From Nanobdellota archaeon (GTDB lineage Archaea; Nanobdellota; Nanobdellia; Pacearchaeales; GW2011-AR1): a stretch of 64,000 bases of DNA. Location: positions 35,077-99,076 of the forward strand of contig JBBSXC010000004.1 in NCBI GenBank assembly GCA_038045945.1, read 5' to 3'. A program made the translations under genes and the position numbers. The notes beneath the pieces are model-generated. The model was not told where the DNA came from and did no database searches. It saw only the letters and a list, made by a program, of their open reading frames with translations. Below are positions 1-7,462 of this stretch, piece by piece (the stretch's first letter is position 1; each line of letters begins with the position of its first letter).

Positions 1-521
1 GAAAAACTTTGAGCAGATTCGCCCTTAGAGAAAGTTAAAGGGCTAACAATAATGAAGTCCATCCTGTTAAGACTAAGATTCATAATTAAATCAGACCTTG
101 AAGAAGAGCTAGTAACAGCATAACCTTTACTTTCCATTTCCGAACGAAGAGAAGTTAAACAATCAAAAACGGCCGGCCTTAGATCATTAACGATTTCTTT
201 AGAAATAAAGTCTTTAAGGAAGGGTTGTTGTAAAACACAAGTCTTATAGTACTCATTAGTGTAACACAAAAACTCAATTTTACGACCGTTATAAAGATAA
301 TAGTTTTTGTTAACGCTGACACCACCACTAAGAAGAATTTTACTAACAGAATTCTTAATAGGATCACTTAAACATGTTTCTAAAAAACTTTGAGGGTTAG
401 TCTCGATAGTAAAAGTTTTAACATCATTCCAAAAATAAGAAAGAAGACCAACCAGAACCACAATAACTAGAGCGATAATAATGAAAATAGTAACCTGACC
501 CCTTTTATCGGCAATATTCAT
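1..521 (-). CDS. Pilin-like protein with class III signal peptide, partial (C-terminus lies beyond the window start)
   Basis: Reverse-strand frame is open from the ATG (complement of 519-521) to the window edge, 173 codons, no stops. N-terminus MNIADKRG|QVTIFIIIALVIVVLVGLL is a short basic leader, a KRG-Q cleavage-type motif, then a hydrophobic helix. Not in the ORF track because it is truncated. Confidence 0.45.
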   Translation of the reverse strand, partial: MNIADKRGQVTIFIIIALVIVVLVGLLSYFWNDVKTFTIETNPQSFLETCLSDPIKNSVSKILLSGGVSVNKNYYLYNGRKIEFLCYTNEYYKTCVLQQPFLKDFISKEIVNDLRPAVFDCLTSLRSEMESKGYAVTSSSSRSDLIMNLSLNRMDFIIVSPLTFSKGESAQSF

Positions 522-672
522 GATAAATAGTAACAAAAATTGTTTATAAATATTCCCCAAACAAGATAAAACAATTTTATTAGACCAAAAGTGAGGAGAG
601 GAGAAGTGTTACCTCCCAAAAATAACAATATATTCGTAACCGGCTAATAGTAACATTTATATACTAATTTAG

Positions 673-1113
673 ATGGAAAATGTCATGGTTAATGGGTTAA
701 AAGATATAGTTAATAAAGGAGTAGCTTCTTTAGGATTACTTGGAGTTTTAGCAGCTTCTGAAGGTTGCGTTGCTGTTACTACGCCTTCCGAGGCTCTTGG
801 AGTTATGTTCAACCCCTTAGGTTATCAAAAGACTGAGATTGTTGCAGTTCAGGGAGGGTATGTTGAGAAGAAACAATACGCCCTTGGCGGAGTTACATCA
901 ACCAAGTATGTTCAAACTACACCTATTGATTATAATGGTGATGGAATAATAAACCTCTGGGATATGGAACACACTGTGAGTAATGATTTTGGACAACCAG
1001 TTTGGACATGGAATCCACAAAGCCAACAATATAATGGCATAGGTTATACCCCCGGAACACTAAAAGGTGGCGCACCAAAACCTAATTCTCCTAACGAATT
1101 CTTAAATAAATAG
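673..1113 (+). CDS. Hypothetical secreted protein or lipoprotein
   Basis: N-terminal hydrophobic stretch VASLGLLGVLAASEGC, then a Gly/Thr-rich soluble part. Lipobox-like Cys, no recognisable domain. Confidence 0.35.
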   Translation: MENVMVNGLKDIVNKGVASLGLLGVLAASEGCVAVTTPSEALGVMFNPLGYQKTEIVAVQGGYVEKKQYALGGVTSTKYVQTTPIDYNGDGIINLWDMEHTVSNDFGQPVWTWNPQSQQYNGIGYTPGTLKGGAPKPNSPNEFLNK

Positions 1114-1125
1114 ACAATCAAAAAA

Positions 1126-1746
1126 ATGAGAGATAAAATTAAAAAACTTAAAAACACAGGACTAATAGGAATGTTAGCTCTTGCTGGATGCACAACTCAA
1201 GGATGGGGCGTTGGTATGAACACTTTTGGGGTAGGTTTAGGGGGAAGAACTGGTGCGATGTATCAAGCAATGGGACAAGGCGCCATTGCCATAGGTAATA
1301 ACGAAAGACTTTCTCAAAGTATAGAAAATGCTGGAGAGAATATTGCCAATAGACAATCTTCACAAAACTCCAATTTAGTTGGAGGTGAAGATGAGTTTTA
1401 CGATACTATCCTAATAATGAAAGACGGTAGAAGAATAAAAGGTTATTATGATGGGGAGAACGAAAATTTGTTAAGCTTAATGACATGGCACGGAGAATGC
1501 GCATATTCAAAAAACAACATTTGGAAAGTAGTCAATGATAACAAAGACTCCTTAGGTAACGATAATGATTATGACACAGTCTTAATAATGAAAGATGGTA
1601 GAAGACAAACAGGATACTTTACCACAGAAGATGAAAAGTTAGTTAATTTAAAAACATGGCACGGAGAATGCTCATACTCTAAAAATCAGATATGGAAGAG
1701 AATAGACACAAACAAAGAAAAACAAAGCACAGATGAAAAAAAGTAA
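1126..1746 (+). CDS. Lipoprotein with two tandem ~60-aa repeats
   Basis: LIGMLALAGC matches the lipobox (L-A-G-C). Two internal repeats YDT[IV]LIMKDGRR..GY...E..L..L.TWHGEC.YSKN.IWK. Confidence 0.5.
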   Translation: MRDKIKKLKNTGLIGMLALAGCTTQGWGVGMNTFGVGLGGRTGAMYQAMGQGAIAIGNNERLSQSIENAGENIANRQSSQNSNLVGGEDEFYDTILIMKDGRRIKGYYDGENENLLSLMTWHGECAYSKNNIWKVVNDNKDSLGNDNDYDTVLIMKDGRRQTGYFTTEDEKLVNLKTWHGECSYSKNQIWKRIDTNKEKQSTDEKK

Positions 1747-1837
1747 AAATACTAACTAAATCCCATCATCTATCCATTTCGTTACAATAAATGATAATTC
1801 TAATAAGTTTTATAAACGCTTCAGGCGTTAATAATCG

Positions 1838-4174
1838 ATGATGAAAAAGAGTGGTAATAAGCATAATAATTTATTCTCTAAAAAAACTGCTGCTATATCA
1901 ATAATTTTTAACTTGTTACTAGCAATTTTTGCTTTTAGCATTACATTATATAACACAAGTATCGTAAGTGCAGATGGAACACCAGGACAAACTGCACCAG
2001 TAAAATTAAACCCCTACTCAGGAGGATCTACGCCTACATCATCAGGTTCGCAATCAACTAACGTAGGAAAGTTTACACAAGATGCAACTATTGATGGAAC
2101 CTCAGTTTCTGCAGGAACAAAGGTCGTTAAGGTCCAGAATGGTGGAGCAACAAATTATTATGCCCAAGGAGCAGGCCCTAATGGTCAAGATTTGGATATA
2201 ACTAATAGCATTAACAAGAATAATGAATTAGAAGTAGGTAACCCAGCAAATGGGGGAGCGACATTAACACTTGACAATGCAGGCACTACTAAATACACCT
2301 CAGACATTTTTGGTAATTTAGGCACCGGAACAGGAGGATATGCTTTAAGTAATATATTATCAGGATTTCAAACAGCTTTATTCATTGTTGGTGGAATACA
2401 ATTATTAGGGGGACTTTTTGGTTTAGACTCAGCACTAACAAGTTCTCTTAGTGTTTCAGCATTTGCGGGAATAATGGGATATGAAGCAGCTAACACATTA
2501 CTTGTTGGAGGGGACGCACTATTCCCAAACACTATTGGCGGGGGAATACTAGGATCCACAGGAATAGGAGTAGCTATAGGAGTAATAGTTTTCTTAGCAA
2601 CATATAGTTCAACGAGCGAAGAAAAAGTAACATTCGAGTGTAACTTGTGGCAGCCACCAAAAGGAGGAGAAGCATGCGAAAAGTGTAACGTTGACGGAAA
2701 AAACTTCCCATGTAACGAATACAGATGTAGAAGTTTAGGAGCAGCATGCGAATTATTAAATAAAGGAACAGGTGAAGAAAAATGCACATGGATTAACGCA
2801 AGAGACGTTGAATCCCCAACAATAACACCAAACTACCAAAACCTAAGCAGCGGATACCAGTACTCAAACGTACACATAAGACCACCAGGATTAGGAATGG
2901 AAATAAAGAACCTAAACAACACTAACAACGAGGACGGATGTATAGAAGCATTCTTCCCAATAACTTTCGGAGTAACAACTAACGAACCAACAAGTTGTAA
3001 AGTAGACTATAACCACACAGCAAACTTTGACGATATGGGATACTACCTTGGCGGAAGTTCAACATTCAAGTACAACCACACACAAACACTATCATTACCA
3101 AGACCAGCATCAAACTCAAGCGACACTGCCGACCCAGGAATAAAGAATGATGGAAACTACAACTTACTGATAAGATGCTCAGACCCTAACGGAAATTACA
3201 ATGAAGACGAATTCGCAATAAAGTTTTGCGTAAATAAAGGCCCGGACACAACACCAGCAAGAATAGAAGCAACAAGCCTGATTAACGAAATGCCAATATC
3301 ATTTGGCACCGACAAACTAAACATGACAGTTTATACTAACGAACCAGCAGATTGCAAGTGGAGTAATGAAGACAAAGATTACAACGTCATGGAAAACACC
3401 CTTACGTGCTCTCAAAGCGTAACAGAATTCAACACTAACATGCTATACGCATGTAAAGGACAATTAACTGGAATAAAAGACAGAGAAGAAAACAAGTTTT
3501 ATTTCAGATGCAAAGACCAACCAGGAAGAGCAGATAATGAAAGAAATATTAACCAAGAAAGTTACGAATTCAAAGTTTTCGGAACACAACAATTAAACAT
3601 AGTACGCCAAGGACCTAACGGAACAATAATGGGAAGTTCATCAATAGTACCTGTAGACTTACAAGTAGAAACAGCTAACGGGTACAGAGACGGAGAAGCA
3701 ACTTGTTATTACAGCACAACAAACCAAGAAAAAGATTACGTAAAATTCTTTGATACAGGATCATTCATTCATAGACAAAGACAAAACCTAAAAGCAGGAA
3801 CATACGACTACTACTTCAAATGCGTAGACTTAGGAGGAAACGCAGATTATAACAAAACAAGAATAAGAGTAGAAATTGATGAAAAAGCACCAATAATTAT
3901 TAGAGCAAAACACGACAGCGGAGAAAGCAGCGTTTGTGGAAACTCAGGATGCTTACAAATAACAACAAACGAAGATTCAACATGCACTTACAGTACAACA
4001 ACTTGCAATTACGAAATAACTAACGGAATTAAAATGTCAGATGATAACACTCGAGTCCACTTCGTAGAATGGAACACTAATTACAACTACTATATAAAAT
4101 GCTCAGACAGAAGCGGAAACCAACCAGCAACAACAAGCTGCTCAATGACTGTTAAAGCTTATAACAACAAATGA
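1838..4174 (+). CDS. Large Cys-rich cell-surface protein (putative adhesin) with repeated ~100-aa modules
   Basis: 778 aa. N-terminal basic leader plus hydrophobic segment. Gly/Thr-rich stretch. Two glycine-zipper hydrophobic segments (GGIQLLGGLFGL; GILGSTGIGVAIGVIVFLA). Then four modules each starting TNE[PD]..C and ending [YF][NYF][LFY][LFY][IF][RK]C[SKV]D..GN. Stop overlaps the next start (ATGA). Confidence 0.6.
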   Translation: MMKKSGNKHNNLFSKKTAAISIIFNLLLAIFAFSITLYNTSIVSADGTPGQTAPVKLNPYSGGSTPTSSGSQSTNVGKFTQDATIDGTSVSAGTKVVKVQNGGATNYYAQGAGPNGQDLDITNSINKNNELEVGNPANGGATLTLDNAGTTKYTSDIFGNLGTGTGGYALSNILSGFQTALFIVGGIQLLGGLFGLDSALTSSLSVSAFAGIMGYEAANTLLVGGDALFPNTIGGGILGSTGIGVAIGVIVFLATYSSTSEEKVTFECNLWQPPKGGEACEKCNVDGKNFPCNEYRCRSLGAACELLNKGTGEEKCTWINARDVESPTITPNYQNLSSGYQYSNVHIRPPGLGMEIKNLNNTNNEDGCIEAFFPITFGVTTNEPTSCKVDYNHTANFDDMGYYLGGSSTFKYNHTQTLSLPRPASNSSDTADPGIKNDGNYNLLIRCSDPNGNYNEDEFAIKFCVNKGPDTTPARIEATSLINEMPISFGTDKLNMTVYTNEPADCKWSNEDKDYNVMENTLTCSQSVTEFNTNMLYACKGQLTGIKDREENKFYFRCKDQPGRADNERNINQESYEFKVFGTQQLNIVRQGPNGTIMGSSSIVPVDLQVETANGYRDGEATCYYSTTNQEKDYVKFFDTGSFIHRQRQNLKAGTYDYYFKCVDLGGNADYNKTRIRVEIDEKAPIIIRAKHDSGESSVCGNSGCLQITTNEDSTCTYSTTTCNYEITNGIKMSDDNTRVHFVEWNTNYNYYIKCSDRSGNQPATTSCSMTVKAYNNK

Positions 4175-4674
4175 TAAGAAATAAACGCGCCCAACAAACA
4201 ATGGGCATGCCATTCTCAGTAATTTTTTCAATAATACTAATAGTAGTATTCATAATAACAGCAGGAATAGTAGTAAGACACTTTCTCGGACTTCAAAAAT
4301 GTTCTGAAATGAGCATATTTCTCAAAGGTTTACAAGATAACGTTGACAAAGTATGGCAATCATCTGCAAGAGAAGAAACATTCACAGTAGGATTACCATC
4401 ATCAATTAAAGAAGTATGCTTCACAAACATGACAGAGCCATTAACAGATAACAAGTATTCTGACGTAAAAGTAAGATACGGATTTTATAACCCGAACTTT
4501 TTCTTCTACCCACCAGAAAAAGCATGCGAAATACCATACCACACGATAAAACACCTAAACATAAGCAGTGTAACAAAAGGAAGAAACCCTTACTGCATCA
4601 CAAACGAAAACAACCCAAAAATGAAAATAAGTAAAGGATTCTACGAAAGCCTAGTAAGAATAGAAAAAGTATAA
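4171..4674 (+). CDS. Pilin-like protein (class III signal peptide)
   Basis: MIRNKRA|QQTMGMPFSVIFSIILIVVFIITAGIVV is a basic leader, A-Q junction and hydrophobic helix. Start overlaps the upstream stop by 4 nt. Confidence 0.5.
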   Translation: MIRNKRAQQTMGMPFSVIFSIILIVVFIITAGIVVRHFLGLQKCSEMSIFLKGLQDNVDKVWQSSAREETFTVGLPSSIKEVCFTNMTEPLTDNKYSDVKVRYGFYNPNFFFYPPEKACEIPYHTIKHLNISSVTKGRNPYCITNENNPKMKISKGFYESLVRIEKV

Positions 4675-4737
4675 GGATTCTAAAACAAAAACATTGCAAT
4701 AAAAGAGTATAAAAAGTGTTTATTGATAGTTATCATA

Positions 4738-5721
4738 ATGGAAAAAAGGGGTTTTGAATTCTCATTCAATTGGATATTCGCACTAATCGCAGGAGCAGCA
4801 ATACTGTTCATAGCAATATACGCATCAGGAAAATTTCTAAACACAGGAGAATTCCAACAAAGTACAGAAACAGCAAAAAAGTTAACGACACTATTCGAAC
4901 CATTAGGAGTCCAAGGATTAGGAGAAGCAAGAACAGGAAAAATAAGTCTACAATCAGACATAAAAATATATTCAGATTGCTTCACGGACGGCAGCCTAGG
5001 AAGACAAAGAATATCAATAGCAGAAAAGAAAAGCTTTAATGATAAAGAATACGGCGACAAAGGTGTAGGAATAGAATTCTCAAACAAGTACATATTCTTT
5101 ACGGAAGAATCAGAAGGAAGAGAATTTGACTATTTCACAAAAAGCTTAAACTTACCATTCAAAACAGCAAACCTTCTGGTAATAACAGACAAAAATTATT
5201 GTTTTGTTAAACCACCAAGATTCGTAGAAGATGAAATAAACGATTTAGGAATGAAAAACATAATAATAAAAGAAACAGTAGGAGACTGTATAAAAAACAT
5301 GACGATGATAAACAAGAGTCAAGTAGTATGCTTTGATACAGGATCAACAAACACTTGCGGCAGCATGGTAACGGACACATCAGGAGCAGGAGAAGAAAAA
5401 TATAGTAGAGGATACGTAAATAGCCCCTCCGGGACAAAATACTTCGTAAAAGAATTATTGTATCCGGCAATATTCTCAAAAAAGACAGATTATGAGTGTA
5501 ATGTAAAAAGAATAATGATGAGAACAAGCAACTTAGCAAAACTTTACACAGAAAAATCAAAATTGTTATCAATAAGAGGAGTATGCGAAAGCGGACAAGA
5601 AACAGCACTACTAACACTAGACACAGCAGCAAGAACTCTAAGAACATCACAAGACCTATCAGGCGTAAAATCAATAGCTGACGGAATAAACCAAAACGGA
5701 ATATGCGAATTATGGAACTAA
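4738..5721 (+). CDS. Pilin-like protein (class III signal peptide); start moved to internal ATG
   Basis: Starting at 4738 gives MEKRG|FEFSFNWIFALIAGAAILFIAIY, a canonical short class III leader. The track ORF starts at 4723. Confidence 0.5.
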   Translation: MEKRGFEFSFNWIFALIAGAAILFIAIYASGKFLNTGEFQQSTETAKKLTTLFEPLGVQGLGEARTGKISLQSDIKIYSDCFTDGSLGRQRISIAEKKSFNDKEYGDKGVGIEFSNKYIFFTEESEGREFDYFTKSLNLPFKTANLLVITDKNYCFVKPPRFVEDEINDLGMKNIIIKETVGDCIKNMTMINKSQVVCFDTGSTNTCGSMVTDTSGAGEEKYSRGYVNSPSGTKYFVKELLYPAIFSKKTDYECNVKRIMMRTSNLAKLYTEKSKLLSIRGVCESGQETALLTLDTAARTLRTSQDLSGVKSIADGINQNGICELWN

Positions 5722-6230
5722 AAAAAATAACAAACAAAAAAGCACAGTTCAAAATACAACAAACAGCATTCATGATACTAGGAACAGTATTATTCTTTGT
5801 ACTAGTAGGATTATTCTGGTTAACACTAAAATCATCAAGCATTAACAAAAGCGCGGCAAACATAAAACAAGAAGAAGCAATAACCTTAGCACTAACAATA
5901 GCAGACTCACCAGAACTAACGTGCGGAACACAATGCATAGACTATGACAAGGCACAAGCACTAAAAAATACAAGACTATTCGAAGCAGTATGGCCAATAA
6001 GAAGCATAGAAATAAGAAAGATATACCCAAAAATAGGGGGAGGAACAATAATTGAGTGTAATAGCGGAAATATAGACAGTTGCAACCTAATAAGAATTGA
6101 AAACAAAGGAATAACATCCAGTAATGGGGGAACGGCATCAAGTTATGTAAAAATATGCAGAAAAGAAAAAAATGCTGAAGGATACACATACGACAAATGC
6201 CAGTTCGGAGAAATAACAATAAAAACATGA
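5712..6230 (+). CDS. Pilin-like protein (class III signal peptide)
   Basis: MELKKITNKKA|QFKIQQTAFMILGTVLFFVLVGLFW. Start overlaps the end of the upstream gene. Confidence 0.5.
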   Translation: MELKKITNKKAQFKIQQTAFMILGTVLFFVLVGLFWLTLKSSSINKSAANIKQEEAITLALTIADSPELTCGTQCIDYDKAQALKNTRLFEAVWPIRSIEIRKIYPKIGGGTIIECNSGNIDSCNLIRIENKGITSSNGGTASSYVKICRKEKNAEGYTYDKCQFGEITIKT

Positions 6231-6745
6231 AGAACAAGCGAGGACAGGATGAAATAGTAGGATTCATAATAATAGTTCTGCTAGTAAGCGTGGTAGCATT
6301 AGTGTTCTTTGGGATAACCCTAAGAAAAACAGCGCCAATAGAAAGCTCAGTAAGACTAGAAAACTTTGCAGGGGCGGCACTCGGAGTAACAACAGATTGT
6401 AGCATAAAAAAAGTGCCAAGCTACTTAGACTTAGAAGACCTAATAAAAGAGTGCAGAAAAGGAACAAGTTGTTATGATGGGAAGAAAACGTGTGAATTAT
6501 TAAACAAAACAGTAGGAGAATTATTAGATTCAACATTCCCAATAAACGGCCAAGCACCAACAAACTATTACAGTTTTAAAGCATACTACCAACAAAACAC
6601 AAGCCAAGGAAGCAGCGGAGGAGTAGAATTCTACACTACAGAAAAAGGAAAATGTGAAGGAACAAAGAGCGGAAACACTCAAAGCATAAGCAGCCTGCCA
6701 GGGGTAATAAGAGTAGAAACACAAATATGCAGCAGTAGTGCCTAA
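6227..6745 (+). CDS. Pilin-like protein (class III signal peptide)
   Basis: MKNKRG|QDEIVGFIIIVLLVSVVALVFF. ATG at 6227 overlaps the upstream TGA (ATGA coupling). Confidence 0.5.
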   Translation: MKNKRGQDEIVGFIIIVLLVSVVALVFFGITLRKTAPIESSVRLENFAGAALGVTTDCSIKKVPSYLDLEDLIKECRKGTSCYDGKKTCELLNKTVGELLDSTFPINGQAPTNYYSFKAYYQQNTSQGSSGGVEFYTTEKGKCEGTKSGNTQSISSLPGVIRVETQICSSSA

Positions 6746-7101
6746 AAGTTAAGATTAATAGAAAGCTGAGAAACTTCAACTTCCGGCCTAACAGTCTTAC
6801 GGTTACCCTTACGCTCAGAAATAAGCTTAACAAAACCGAAACGTTCAAGGATTTTAAGATCCTTAGTAACAGCCTTAAAGTCACGACTTAACATTTTAGA
6901 AAGAGAATAAATAGATAAAGGTTTTTGGTTCTTAATAACATAAAGCATTTTAGCACGCTCATTACTAAGAAGCTTACGCAGGTCAGTAATACCAGAAAAG
7001 TCGTAATCCTCAGCCTTTTTACCACTAATTTTCTTAAATAAGAAACTAAAGGACGTGGGAGTAATGTATAAATCAATAATACGCTTCTTCTTCGACGCCA
7101 T
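6742..7101 (-). CDS. Winged-helix transcriptional regulator (small archaeal wHTH family)
   Basis: 119 aa with a helix-turn-helix-like segment LSIYSLSKMLSRDFKAVTKDLKILERFGFV. Convergent with the pilin-like operon. Confidence 0.45.
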   Translation of the reverse strand: MASKKKRIIDLYITPTSFSFLFKKISGKKAEDYDFSGITDLRKLLSNERAKMLYVIKNQKPLSIYSLSKMLSRDFKAVTKDLKILERFGFVKLISERKGNRKTVRPEVEVSQLSINLNF

Positions 7102-7331
7102 TTTAAATAATTAAAAGCATACTTTGCTCATAGTGGTTTAGTAAAGCCATATATGTACATTTAGAACCCCCATACTTATAAATCTTTCTATAACAACTGT
7201 TAATAGGACATTAATTTAACCGAAAGCTTTATAAAGAAAAATAGTAAAAAACTCATCAGCGAGGCTGAAATAGGGGGTAAAGGACGAAAGGTTTTTAAAG
7301 GGGTAAGATTTAGTGGTATTACAAATATCGC

Positions 7332-7354
7332 GAATACTGGCTAGATCAGTATTC
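7332..7354 (+). promoter_or_regulatory. Perfect 8-bp inverted repeat GAATACTG-N7-CAGTATTC in the long 5' region of the S-layer gene
   Basis: Read directly. Lies in the 360-nt intergenic/leader region 7102-7462, which also carries TATA-like TTTATAAA motifs. Confidence 0.35.
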
Positions 7355-7462
7355 TAATAGGGACAACAGAGATACAACCAAAATACACATGGCAAATACC
7401 CTATCATGCCAAGTGTTAGGTTTCGAAAATAGATGAAAGGAGGTTTATAAAAAAAATAGAAA

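Noticed and set aside
2368-2789. Reverse-strand ORFs (139 and 71 aa) inside the large surface-protein gene
   Set aside because: They lie antisense to a well-supported long CDS and their translations are low-complexity. Shadow ORFs of A/T-skewed DNA.
4770-5039. 89-aa extremely basic ORF in an alternate frame of the 4738-5721 gene
   Set aside because: Same strand, different frame of a supported CDS. Its basic composition is a by-product of AAA/AGA-rich sequence.
5207-6884. Several long reverse-strand ORFs (243, 187, 99, 82 aa) across the pilin-like genes
   Set aside because: Leu/Phe-rich translations typical of antisense frames of A-rich coding DNA. No RBS, and they overlap better-supported genes.
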